64,000 bases of DNA from Patescibacteria group bacterium (lineage in GTDB: Bacteria > Patescibacteriota > Doudnabacteria > UBA920), in contig JAMDAY010000001.1 of assembly GCA_023484515.1 (NCBI GenBank), positions 758 to 64,757 on the forward strand. The letters run 5' to 3'. This document shows positions 19,359 through 27,367 of this stretch, one piece after another (position 1 is the stretch's first letter; each line of letters begins with the position of its first letter). The position numbers and the translations under genes are program-made. Under the pieces are notes generated by a model that saw only the letters and a program-made list of their open reading frames with translations, did not search any database and was not told the origin of the DNA.

Positions 19359-19776
19359 CCATATTTTGTTATCCGACTTCGCCGAGAGGCTATATCGGGC
19401 TAAAGAAAAACTCCCGCACAGAAATGTTTAGGAGCTTACCGTTTTGCCTGCTGTGCCAGACAAACCAATTTATTCAAATTGTATTGGTATTATAGCGGAT
19501 TTAACCCTTCCCGTCAATGCTCTTTTTTGCTATTTAGACAAATATTTTTCCTTTTCGTAGTAGCGGAGACGGCAAGAAACGTATTTCTCTTATAGTACTA
19601 AGTTCCATCGCTCATTAGCCGTCAATCCGTGTTTGCACCTCAAAGAAGCGTCTTTTATTCGCTTATTCGTAACTTTCCTGCCTAGAGTCCGGGTGGGGGA
19701 ATGGAAGACTTGACAATTATGTTAGAATAATATAACATTAGAATAGTTAGAAATAATTAACTAAAGATATAAAAAT

Positions 19777-20154
19777 ATGACGTATAAGAGATTTAGAACG
19801 ATAAAAATAATCACGGGTTTTATCGTGGGTGTTATTACAGCTCAGGCGATAATATTTGATAACTATTTTCTGGCTGTTGTAGCGGTTTTTTCCGCTTTGG
19901 CGGTTATAGGTTCTATGAAGAAGAAGGTTGTTGAAGTGATAAATGACGAACGAGATTATGCAATAGCAGGAAATGCCGCAAGGCTTAGCTTGAGCCTGTT
20001 TTCCTTGGTTGGTGCGCTTCTGGCGTTCGCATTCATGTCTTTAAGAAATGTGAATTCAGATTTTATGCTCATTGGGTCAACGTTAGCTTATTCTGTTTGC
20101 GCATTGTTAATATTTCATAGAGCCACTTCGGCAATTTATGGAAAACAGAATTAA
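19777..20154 (+). CDS. Small membrane protein (3-4 TM)
   Basis: Hydrophobic 125-aa product. It overlaps the downstream XRE gene by 17 bp, consistent with an operon. Confidence 0.55.
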   Translation: MTYKRFRTIKIITGFIVGVITAQAIIFDNYFLAVVAVFSALAVIGSMKKKVVEVINDERDYAIAGNAARLSLSLFSLVGALLAFAFMSLRNVNSDFMLIGSTLAYSVCALLIFHRATSAIYGKQN

Positions 20155-20329
20155 AGAATTTAGGTTAAAGCATAATTTAACGCAGGAAGAACTGGCAAAA
20201 AAAGCCGGCGTAAGGCGTGAGACTATTGTGTTTCTTGAACAGGGGAAATACAATCCTTCCTTAAAATTAGCCAGCGATGTGGCTAAAATCCTGAAAACAT
20301 CTGTTGATAAGTTGTTCCTTTTAGGATAG
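20138..20329 (+). CDS. XRE-family HTH transcriptional regulator (63 aa)
   Basis: [24 protein letters not shown] helix-turn-helix. Confidence 0.75.
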   Translation: MENRIKEFRLKHNLTQEELAKKAGVRRETIVFLEQGKYNPSLKLASDVAKILKTSVDKLFLLG

Positions 20330-20698
20330 GGCGTTAAGAAACGTGAATAAAAATGTGAATGCAACATGTCTACGGGCGACGTGGATTTTCCGTTTCTTTG
20401 CCTTCGCATTTAGGTGCCGATCCCAAAAAACGTCTGTTAAGAGATGTGGTATTTGTGCATGGTCGTGGATTGGTGCTGATAATGGTGTTTAATTTGATTT
20501 CTATGTTTCCTAATTCAATCCGCCTCTCTCAGACCATAAAAGGTTTTTGAAAAAGTTGTCAACCAAAAATTAAAACAAAAAAACTGCCCTAAAGAGCAGT
20601 TTATTCCAGCAGTTCACACCGGAAAAGCTCAATATTTGCAAGGATTTTTAACTTAGGAAATCTGGCGGTCAAGTGGAGTCGGACCCATATGATTATTT

Positions 20699-21361
20699 TC
20701 ACGACAAGATTTCCGGTTTAAGTTTGTCGGCTTCAGACAAAAAGAAACCGTGCCAATCTTTTTCAGGTAAAGGAGAGACCAACCGGGGCAGGTCAGCCGC
20801 TTGCGTAGCTTTGTTAAATTGGGAACCAAGCTTGAGCAGGTCAATATGCGTGTCAAATTTTAAACGGGCCTTGGCTATAAGATCGGGAATGTTATAGTTG
20901 TATGTTTTGCAAAGTTGGAACAAGTCCATATAGTCCCTGGCCGCAGTGCGCTGGTAAATCGTGAAAAGCTTGTTGACCGCAATGTCCAGGGAACTGTCAA
21001 TTTGCACTCCGTACTCGGTTTTGCCTTTATCCATCCTGGTAAAGGGAAAGTATGTAAATTCTGTTTTTAAGGTGGAATTGTCCTTAAGAGTGAGAAAAAG
21101 CAGGTTACGGTTAAAACTGGTTTGAAATTCCGTTTTTTTGATATTCAACAAATCGCCGTTTTTTTTAAGAAAAGTTTGGATGGCGAGAATATCAACCTCG
21201 TTTTCGGAAAAAAAATCCAAGTCTTCGGAATAACGGTAGGGGATATAAAAACCGGCCAACGCCGTGCCGCCGGTCAGGTAAAAAGAACCGGCAAGACGGT
21301 GTTCCTGGCCCAGGATTCCCAAAAATTTTATCTGGTGACCGGTCAAGATGCTATTGGCCAT
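20699..21361 (-). CDS. AbiEii/AbiGii-family nucleotidyltransferase toxin (type IV TA / abortive infection)
   Basis: N-terminal nucleotidyltransferase signature FYLTGGTALAGFY…YRYSEDLDFF (GGTAL…R.SeDLDF, as in DUF1814/AbiEii). Length 220 aa. Confidence 0.75.
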   Translation of the reverse strand: MANSILTGHQIKFLGILGQEHRLAGSFYLTGGTALAGFYIPYRYSEDLDFFSENEVDILAIQTFLKKNGDLLNIKKTEFQTSFNRNLLFLTLKDNSTLKTEFTYFPFTRMDKGKTEYGVQIDSSLDIAVNKLFTIYQRTAARDYMDLFQLCKTYNYNIPDLIAKARLKFDTHIDLLKLGSQFNKATQAADLPRLVSPLPEKDWHGFFLSEADKLKPEILS

Positions 21362-21548
21362 AAATCAGGCGTCCCAAATACTTTTTTTTGTCAGGGTCAA
21401 TGTTAAGGCGGTCCCAATATTTTTTTAATTTTTTTTCTTCTAGTTTTTCTCCATCCAAACCAAAATTGACCATTTGTTCCAATTCCCAAATGGCCAGTTT
21501 TTCAGGATCTGTTTTTAGCCGATTAATATCGGTTGACCAGTTTTTCAT
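21351..21548 (-). CDS. Small (65 aa) charged protein overlapping the AbiEii start by 11 bp; putative non-canonical partner/antitoxin
   Basis: The overlap in operon orientation is typical of TA pairs. It has no recognisable AbiEi wHTH and is far shorter than AbiEi. Confidence 0.4.
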   Translation of the reverse strand: MKNWSTDINRLKTDPEKLAIWELEQMVNFGLDGEKLEEKKLKKYWDRLNIDPDKKKYLGRLIYGQ

Positions 21549-21629
21549 ATATGTATTATAGCATTTTTAAGCGTAAAATTCAACGGCTCAACGCGTTGAG
21601 CCGTTAAAAACAAGGGTTTTTTTGATACG

Positions 21630-22046
21630 CTAATCGCTTAAAAGTTGATTATGCAATACCGCTTCCAATAATTTCTGGTGGCCATAAAATAAAGGTTCGG
21701 GTAGTTTATCTATACTAAACCATTCCCAACCTTCGCACTTATTAGGTTCTGTATTTTTAGGTTCACCGAAAACATTTTTGGCCAAAAACACTAAATGAAT
21801 CCAATGTTCGTCTCCTGGGCGCGGGTCGTTGGTGATATTGACGAACTCTAATTCGTCGGCTGAAAGTCCTGTTTCCTCCAACAACTCCCGTTTGGCTCCG
21901 GCAATCATAGATTCTCCTGGTTCCAAATGCCCGCCAGGCAATCCCCATTGTCCGTTACCAACTTTCACCAGCCGTTTTCCAAAAAGAATTTTATCGCCGT
22001 TCCTAACTACGACAACTACACCTATTCCGATAGAATTTTTATCCAT
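21630..22046 (-). CDS. NUDIX hydrolase
   Basis: Nudix box GGHLEPGESMIAGAKRELLEETGL. Confidence 0.85.
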   Translation of the reverse strand: MDKNSIGIGVVVVVRNGDKILFGKRLVKVGNGQWGLPGGHLEPGESMIAGAKRELLEETGLSADELEFVNITNDPRPGDEHWIHLVFLAKNVFGEPKNTEPNKCEGWEWFSIDKLPEPLFYGHQKLLEAVLHNQLLSD

Positions 22047-22527
22047 TATTTTGCTTTATTTCTTTTGCTAAGTTTTTTAGCTCTTCCACGTCGGCCTGCG
22101 GGCCTAACTGGGTGGAAATATAGCCTTCATAACGGTCAAAATACACCCTGTCTTTTGCCCACATTTCCTTAAACTTTTCATCCAAACCGTATAGGGGATA
22201 GAGCTTGATATGGGTGTGGTTAATTCCCAACCCTTCCATAACCATTGCAACCCTTTGGACGTTTAAGCCTTTTTCCAATATGCCAGCAACCTTTTTGGCG
22301 GCCAACAAAAATTCCTGATACTCTTTGTCTGGTATATCAAAAGCATAGGAATCAAAATGTTGTTTGGTTAAGACCAAGGCCATTCCCTTGGTATTGGGGT
22401 TTACGTCCAAAATCGCCAAGAACTTCTCGTCTTCCCAAAACTTGGCCGAATCAATTTCCCCGTTTACGATTTTGCAAAAGATGCAGTTTTCCATAGATTT
22501 ATAAGTTGCCCTTAATCCACTTATCAA
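22039..22527 (-). CDS. HIT-family (histidine triad) protein
   Basis: N-terminal CIFCKI…, HIT-like fold and the GINHTHIKLYP histidine cluster. Confidence 0.65.
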   Translation of the reverse strand: MISGLRATYKSMENCIFCKIVNGEIDSAKFWEDEKFLAILDVNPNTKGMALVLTKQHFDSYAFDIPDKEYQEFLLAAKKVAGILEKGLNVQRVAMVMEGLGINHTHIKLYPLYGLDEKFKEMWAKDRVYFDRYEGYISTQLGPQADVEELKNLAKEIKQNNG

Positions 22528-23266
22528 AAATATCCTTAATCTCCTTTAGATGTTCGGGAGCTTTGAATGTGTGAGGCGCTCCTTTGATAATGTGCAGTTC
22601 TTTTTTACCCGGCAATTTTTCAAATAGGGTTTGCTGGTGATTTGGCGGCGTGCTGGTGTCCTTGTCTCCAACTATCATCAATACAGGCATAGTTAGCCTA
22701 TCCACATTATCCAGCAGGTTATACTTTAGGATATCTTCCATATTAGCCCAGTTCACTCGTTTCATCACCCCAGGCTTGGAAGAACTTTCGGATTCCTTAT
22801 ACCCAACCTTTTTCCATTCTTCAATTACTTGTGGCCCATAAGCTTCCCAAGCCAACTTTCCTGATACTGAAGTTGAAATGGGAGCGAGGCCTTTTGTCTG
22901 TTCGGGATATTTTTCTGCATAGAGGCTAATGCAAATACCTCCTAAGCTGTGTCCTGCAAGCCAAAACGGTTCCTGATACCAGCTTTGGGTTTTGGCCCAA
23001 TTAATAACATCTTCTAAATCCTGGTAATAGCTGGTTACGGAAGCGTCTTCCATTTTACCTTCGCTCTCGCCAATGGTGTTTCTGGTATCAAACCTGACTA
23101 CGGTAAGCCCGTTGTTCTTAAAGGCGTCAGCAAAAGTTTGAATATGCGCCTGTTCCTTGAAACCGCCTTGCCCGTGCATAACAAAAGCTAAACCTTTTTG
23201 ATTGGCGGTTTCTTCTATTATTACCGATATTTTTTTGTTATTGCGGTTTTGAATGAAAGTTTTCAT
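22499..23266 (-). CDS. Alpha/beta-fold hydrolase (serine hydrolase)
   Basis: GHSLGG nucleophile elbow, with downstream Asp/His candidates (…DKDTSTPP…GAPHTF). Confidence 0.75.
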   Translation of the reverse strand: MKTFIQNRNNKKISVIIEETANQKGLAFVMHGQGGFKEQAHIQTFADAFKNNGLTVVRFDTRNTIGESEGKMEDASVTSYYQDLEDVINWAKTQSWYQEPFWLAGHSLGGICISLYAEKYPEQTKGLAPISTSVSGKLAWEAYGPQVIEEWKKVGYKESESSSKPGVMKRVNWANMEDILKYNLLDNVDRLTMPVLMIVGDKDTSTPPNHQQTLFEKLPGKKELHIIKGAPHTFKAPEHLKEIKDIFDKWIKGNL

Positions 23267-23862
23267 ATAACAATTCCTAAGTTATTAAAATCAGTTAACA
23301 ATTTTTTGTTATCTACAAATAAAATATCGTTTAACCCCAACACCCTTGCCGCTATGACATTGCGTTCGTTGTCGTCCACAAACACTGCTTCGGCAGGCGA
23401 GCAGTTGGCTTTTTGCAGGGCTAATTGGTAAAATTTCGAGTCAGGTTTTTTTATTTTTTCTACGCAGGATAATACCACAAAGTCAAAATGCTCGTAAATT
23501 TTTAACGCTTCGTCAACCATCTTTCTTGGCGGCGTTAAATTGGAAAGTGCTCCGACCGTGTAGTTTTTCCTTAATTTGGAAATTATGTCTACCATTTCCG
23601 TGTTTACTTTCCTGATTTTCAGGGCTTCCTCCAGCCATATGGTTTTTAGGTCAGCTTCGGTATTTACTCCTTTGTTCCTAAAAGTTTCAAATATCTTTTC
23701 AAGGCTAATGTGGCCCATAAGCAGATTATTCCAATTTTCCTTAAAAAACCCAGAGATGAATTCGGGAGGCAAACCTACCCTCTCGGCGAAGTTTGCATAA
23801 ATTTGGTGATAGTTGTCAAAAGTAACCACCCCGCTTATATCAAAAATTATGGATTTTATCAT
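23263..23862 (-). CDS. HAD-superfamily hydrolase (subfamily IA-like)
   Basis: Motif I IIFDISGVV, motif II SN, and motif IV DD near the C-terminus (VFVDDNERN). Confidence 0.8.
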   Translation of the reverse strand: MIKSIIFDISGVVTFDNYHQIYANFAERVGLPPEFISGFFKENWNNLLMGHISLEKIFETFRNKGVNTEADLKTIWLEEALKIRKVNTEMVDIISKLRKNYTVGALSNLTPPRKMVDEALKIYEHFDFVVLSCVEKIKKPDSKFYQLALQKANCSPAEAVFVDDNERNVIAARVLGLNDILFVDNKKLLTDFNNLGIVI

Positions 23863-23910
23863 AGTTCTATATTTACTGAAATTGGTAAATGGTCAGAGGC
23901 TTTAGAACTT

Positions 23911-24462
23911 TCAACTTTGAATGAATTTGTCATTAATTCTTTTTGCTGATATTGATTTGTAATAATGTAAAAATTTTTCAAGTGTCCAAACGCAGGTTTT
24001 GCCTTCTATGGTCGTGGCGTGCCAAACCAGGGGAGTGTGTTTTGGATAATCTTCCCCTTCGGGTAAAATTTGGGACAGTTCGCTGTCAAATTCACCCAAA
24101 TAAATTGCGGTATGCAAATGTAATATCCATTCGTCTTCTGTAGGAAAAGTATCTTTATCTTTGTTTAACAGTTGTTCTTTCTTGCCCCTAAGATTTTGAG
24201 CGTATATTACAGCGCCTCTGTTCAGCTTACCGAAGTCAATAGGCTCTTCCTTGAATATAAACTTCCCGGTATTTTTGTAACCCTCGGGCAACAGTATTTG
24301 CTCAGGTTTTAGGAAAAGCGAATGGACGTAATAAAAATAGAGCTGTAACGCCGTGCGGCAATTCCCTTTGGTAAAGTTACTATCCAGTAGTTCTGGGCTT
24401 TGTAATGGCCCACTGCCTTTCTCGTATTCGTAATTAAAATTTTTAAGCCTTTTTGGAATCAT
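23911..24462 (-). CDS. Hypothetical protein (183 aa) with a possible Cys/His active-site pattern
   Basis: ORF with conserved-looking KGNCRTALQLYFYYVH and WILHLHTAIYLGEF blocks. No family assigned. Confidence 0.45.
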   Translation of the reverse strand: MIPKRLKNFNYEYEKGSGPLQSPELLDSNFTKGNCRTALQLYFYYVHSLFLKPEQILLPEGYKNTGKFIFKEEPIDFGKLNRGAVIYAQNLRGKKEQLLNKDKDTFPTEDEWILHLHTAIYLGEFDSELSQILPEGEDYPKHTPLVWHATTIEGKTCVWTLEKFLHYYKSISAKRINDKFIQS

Positions 24463-24470
24463 GAACTGCT

Positions 24471-24585
24471 TTAATTATACCAAAAAATCGCCGGCTTGCC
24501 ACGTCGGTCACGACCGATACGTGGCTTGTCCGTCCGTAGTCCGCCAGAGGCGGACGAAGGAGGATTAGGCGATTTGGAGTAATTG
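24471..24585 (-). repeat. ~115-bp structured repeat S, copy 1 (copy 2 at 26763-26877), in the 5' leader of the downstream minus-strand gene
   Basis: In gene orientation: …caaatcgcc taatCCTCCTTcgTCCGCCtctGGCGGActacggacggacaaGCCACGTatcggtcgtgaccgACGTGGCaagccGGCGATTTTTTgg TATAAT…. Nested hairpins close with AAATCGCC/GGCGATTT, followed by a T-run and an extended -10 (TGGTATAAT) about 14 nt before the ATG. Confidence 0.75.
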
Positions 24586-24610
24586 CGTATATTTGTTGCA
24601 CTCAAGTAAC

Positions 24611-24662
24611 TTGATTTGCTTCCAGAGCTTAAGGTTTTCTTTAGGTAAGTGATTGGTTAAAT
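24611..24662 (+). repeat. Dispersed repeat R, copy 2
   Basis: See 19251-19302. Confidence 0.75.
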
Positions 24663-24695
24663 GGAATTGAACCCGCACTTTCTTAAGCACGAAAA

Positions 24696-24980
24696 TTAGG
24701 AGATGGAAATGCGCAATTTGGCATCCAAAGCATCAGCCAGACGATAGAGGAATTGCAGGGATGGGCTAAAGTCGCCACGTTCTAAACGAGAGATGACGGG
24801 CTGCTTGGTTTTGGCTTTTTTAGCCAGTTCTTTTTGGGTCAAGCCTTCTTTTAACCGTTTGGCGATAATCATTTCCACCACGGCAAACTCCGGGCCTAAG
24901 TCTTTGTAGGCTTTCTTGATTTCCTTGTCCTTTAAGAGCTGTTTTTTGAAGTTTTTATAGTTATTCATAATATACTCCAT
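24696..24980 (-). CDS. HigA-like XRE-family HTH antitoxin
   Basis: LTQKELAKKAKTKQPVISRLERG HTH. It lies immediately downstream of a RelE/HigB-like toxin gene, in the higBA order. Confidence 0.7.
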   Translation of the reverse strand: MEYIMNNYKNFKKQLLKDKEIKKAYKDLGPEFAVVEMIIAKRLKEGLTQKELAKKAKTKQPVISRLERGDFSPSLQFLYRLADALDAKLRISIS

Positions 24981-25017
24981 AGATTATATTAATATTATAC
25001 TCTATAGGTTATATCTG

Positions 25018-25326
25018 TCAAGACGTTAAATTTTGGCATTTGTTACGGGCTTTAGCTAGTTCGCTTGGCGGTGTCTTTTGGGTTTTCTTAATAAAGCCAG
25101 ATAGCAGATAAATTGTACCTTTTTGAAAGCAATAAAATATCCTGACTTCCTGCTGGCCTCTTACCCGCAATTCAAAAAGGTCGTTTGCTACTTTCTTGCT
25201 ATGCGGCATACTAAGATTAAAGGTAAACTTTTCCAGCAAATCCAAAGTCCTTAAAGTTTTGGCAATAGTTGACTTTTCCAGGGAAGAAATAAATTCTTCC
25301 ACTTCAGGGTCAATATGGATTTGCAT
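25018..25326 (-). CDS. RelE/ParE-superfamily toxin, HigB/Gp49-like
   Basis: LRVRGQQEVRIFYCFQKGTIYLLSGFIKKTQKTPPSE resembles the HigB/phage Gp49-like family. Confidence 0.65.
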   Translation of the reverse strand: MQIHIDPEVEEFISSLEKSTIAKTLRTLDLLEKFTFNLSMPHSKKVANDLFELRVRGQQEVRIFYCFQKGTIYLLSGFIKKTQKTPPSELAKARNKCQNLTS

Positions 25327-25369
25327 AATTTTGGTGTGATTTTTTGGTGACTAATTTCAAGCAACCAGA

Positions 25370-26737
25370 TTATAAGGACAGAGTTTTTGTTAAAGCTGGG
25401 GAGGTGGATTCAAAACAGCCGTCCTTTGATGGGCTAATTTTATTGACAGTATAGGTTAAATTATTCTGCTGGTTATTTATTTTTACAATAGAATACGTAA
25501 AACCTGGTTCGCCGACCAGCTTGGTGATTTTTCCGCTCTCAATATCTTTTAGGATAATTCCTTCGCCAACGCTTTCGCCCATAGTTCCGCAAATTCCCGT
25601 ATTGGGATTAAAGTCAGTGTAAACTACTTTGTCATAAGAATCTAAAAATATGGCGTCTCCGTATGCCAAGTTTTCCATATTGCCGCCATTCGGGCTAATA
25701 GAAAAATACCAGTAACGGGTGTATCCTCCAGACCCGCAAGCCGTGGGGTTGCCCAATTCCAAAACAATCTTGTCGACGTTTTTAGACCAGGCAAGGGGGA
25801 AGGGAACAAGGGGGCATCCTCCTGCATGGGCTTCTTTGGCCAATAGATTTTGATACCACGATACCGGTTCAGGATAGGAGTATACTTTTTTAACTACGCC
25901 CGTTGTTAGATTTTTTACAAAGACATTATATTTCCAATCTCGGCAAGTATCACTTTCGGCAATATTGTAGCTGTTAGCCGCCTTAATGCAGTCGCTGATT
26001 TCAGAATAAACTATTTTACTTTTATCCTGGGACGCTATAGAGGTAGTTATAATGTATCCTTTGGTCGGGCTTAGCTTGAAATTATAATCTTTCTGCCGGA
26101 GTTCTTTTGGCAAATTGGCAAAAATATTATCAACATCAAAGCTGGAGATAATCTCATCGTAAATGTTTTCAAATTCGGGATTTTTAATAGGCATAGAGCC
26201 TATTACATAAATGCCGTTGGTAAAACCTGTATATTGTATACAGCGCGTATCAGGCTCATTTTTATATATGGCTTTGGCAATTTTTGTTTCTCCTACACGC
26301 AAGGTGCTGTTGCTAATCCATTTTGAGTTTTCGCCGCAACCAGAGCCGGGAAAATTTAGAAGGACTGTAAAGAAAGCTTTGTCATCTTTAGTCAGAGTTG
26401 TTTTTAAAGCGTATTCCGGTTCTCCATTTTCTCCAGGCAGTGTGCCGCCTTCGCCTCCCTTCAATTTAAAATCAGAAGGAAAATCAAAGCTGAATTTTTT
26501 TGTTGTATTTGCGTATGTTTTCCAACCGGTCTTTTGGCTGTCAGAGATTATATAATCTTGTTTAACGGCTTCTGTGTTGGTTGACTGCTGTGCATTCGGA
26601 TTTCCAAGATTCGGCCTGCTCTGGAGAGGAATATTGGCTTGAGATTGAGTACCTTGTTCATTTTCTGGCTGTTGGATTTTATTGCACCCCGCCGCTACTA
26701 ATAGAATGATTGAAAAAGCAAGTATAAAATTTTTCAT
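25370..26737 (-). CDS. Secreted lipoprotein, function unknown (start taken at MKNFILAFSIILLVAAGC)
   Basis: Lipobox LVAAGC after a hydrophobic signal peptide. The 455-aa mature part is rich in predicted beta strand. Confidence 0.6.
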   Translation of the reverse strand: MKNFILAFSIILLVAAGCNKIQQPENEQGTQSQANIPLQSRPNLGNPNAQQSTNTEAVKQDYIISDSQKTGWKTYANTTKKFSFDFPSDFKLKGGEGGTLPGENGEPEYALKTTLTKDDKAFFTVLLNFPGSGCGENSKWISNSTLRVGETKIAKAIYKNEPDTRCIQYTGFTNGIYVIGSMPIKNPEFENIYDEIISSFDVDNIFANLPKELRQKDYNFKLSPTKGYIITTSIASQDKSKIVYSEISDCIKAANSYNIAESDTCRDWKYNVFVKNLTTGVVKKVYSYPEPVSWYQNLLAKEAHAGGCPLVPFPLAWSKNVDKIVLELGNPTACGSGGYTRYWYFSISPNGGNMENLAYGDAIFLDSYDKVVYTDFNPNTGICGTMGESVGEGIILKDIESGKITKLVGEPGFTYSIVKINNQQNNLTYTVNKISPSKDGCFESTSPALTKTLSL

Positions 26738-26762
26738 AAAAAATGCCCTAGTGTTCCTTTGT

Positions 26763-26877
26763 TTAATTATACCAAAAAATCGCCAGCTTGCCACGTCGGT
26801 CACAATCGATACGCGGCTTGTCCGTCCGTAGTCCGCCAGAGGCGGACAAAGGAGGATTAGGCGATTTGGAATAATTG
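26763..26877 (-). repeat. ~115-bp structured repeat S, copy 2
   Basis: About 93% identical to 24471-24585. Confidence 0.75.
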
Positions 26878-26903
26878 GATATATTTATGACAACCCGGCC
26901 AAA

Positions 26904-27194
26904 TTAACTTGTTTCCAATTTTAAATTTAACTTGTCTGCCACCTGCTTAAACCACAAATCGTGGCGGTCAAGCCTGGCCCTCATCATCGCCATTTCCGTA
27001 TTCCAACTTTTAACATCCTTGGCTATGGAATCCAGGGCTGTGGTGTGGTTGTTTAAGGTTTCCGTATGGCTGGCCAGGGTTTCTTCCATTGCAGCCAATT
27101 TTGTGTTAATAGGTTCCAGCTTGTTGTCAAGCAATAACTCAATGTTTTGTAGGGTGAGTTCCGGCATATTTTCAGGTTTAATTAAATAATTCAA
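26904..27194 (-). CDS. Small coiled-coil protein (96 aa); paralog of 62711-62950
   Basis: The C-terminal block EMAMMRARLDRHDLWFKQVADKLNLKLE resembles EMAVMRHRLERLEEWVKEAAGKIGLEF in the other copy. Confidence 0.5.
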   Translation of the reverse strand: MNYLIKPENMPELTLQNIELLLDNKLEPINTKLAAMEETLASHTETLNNHTTALDSIAKDVKSWNTEMAMMRARLDRHDLWFKQVADKLNLKLETS

Positions 27195-27305
27195 CCATCT
27201 TTATTGTATTACTTATGACGAATTAGTCAAATGTTGGTGATAGAGATGACTTAAACATTACGTGGAGTATATAATTCAGGTATTAGCCGTATTCTAGTAA
27301 CTAGA

Positions 27306-27357
27306 TTTTATTCCAGAGTTGGATATTTTCTTTAAGGAAGCGATTGCTTAGTTGGAA
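27306..27357 (+). repeat. Dispersed repeat R, copy 3
   Basis: See 19251-19302. Confidence 0.7.
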
Positions 27358-27367
27358 TCACTCGCCC

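Noticed and set aside
24611-24700. tRNA-like appearance (GGGTTCAATTCC) on the minus strand of repeat R copies 2 and 3
   Set aside because: There is no complementary T-stem 3' strand, no acceptor stem and no anticodon arm. Only the copy at 19303-19358 is a genuine tRNA fragment.
19251-27357. Considered whether repeats R, S or the other dispersed repeats form a CRISPR array or integron attC sites
   Set aside because: The copies are 52-115 bp and kilobases apart with genes between them. They do not form a regular short repeat-spacer array, and they lack attC R'/R'' core sites (GTTRRRY/RYYYAAC).
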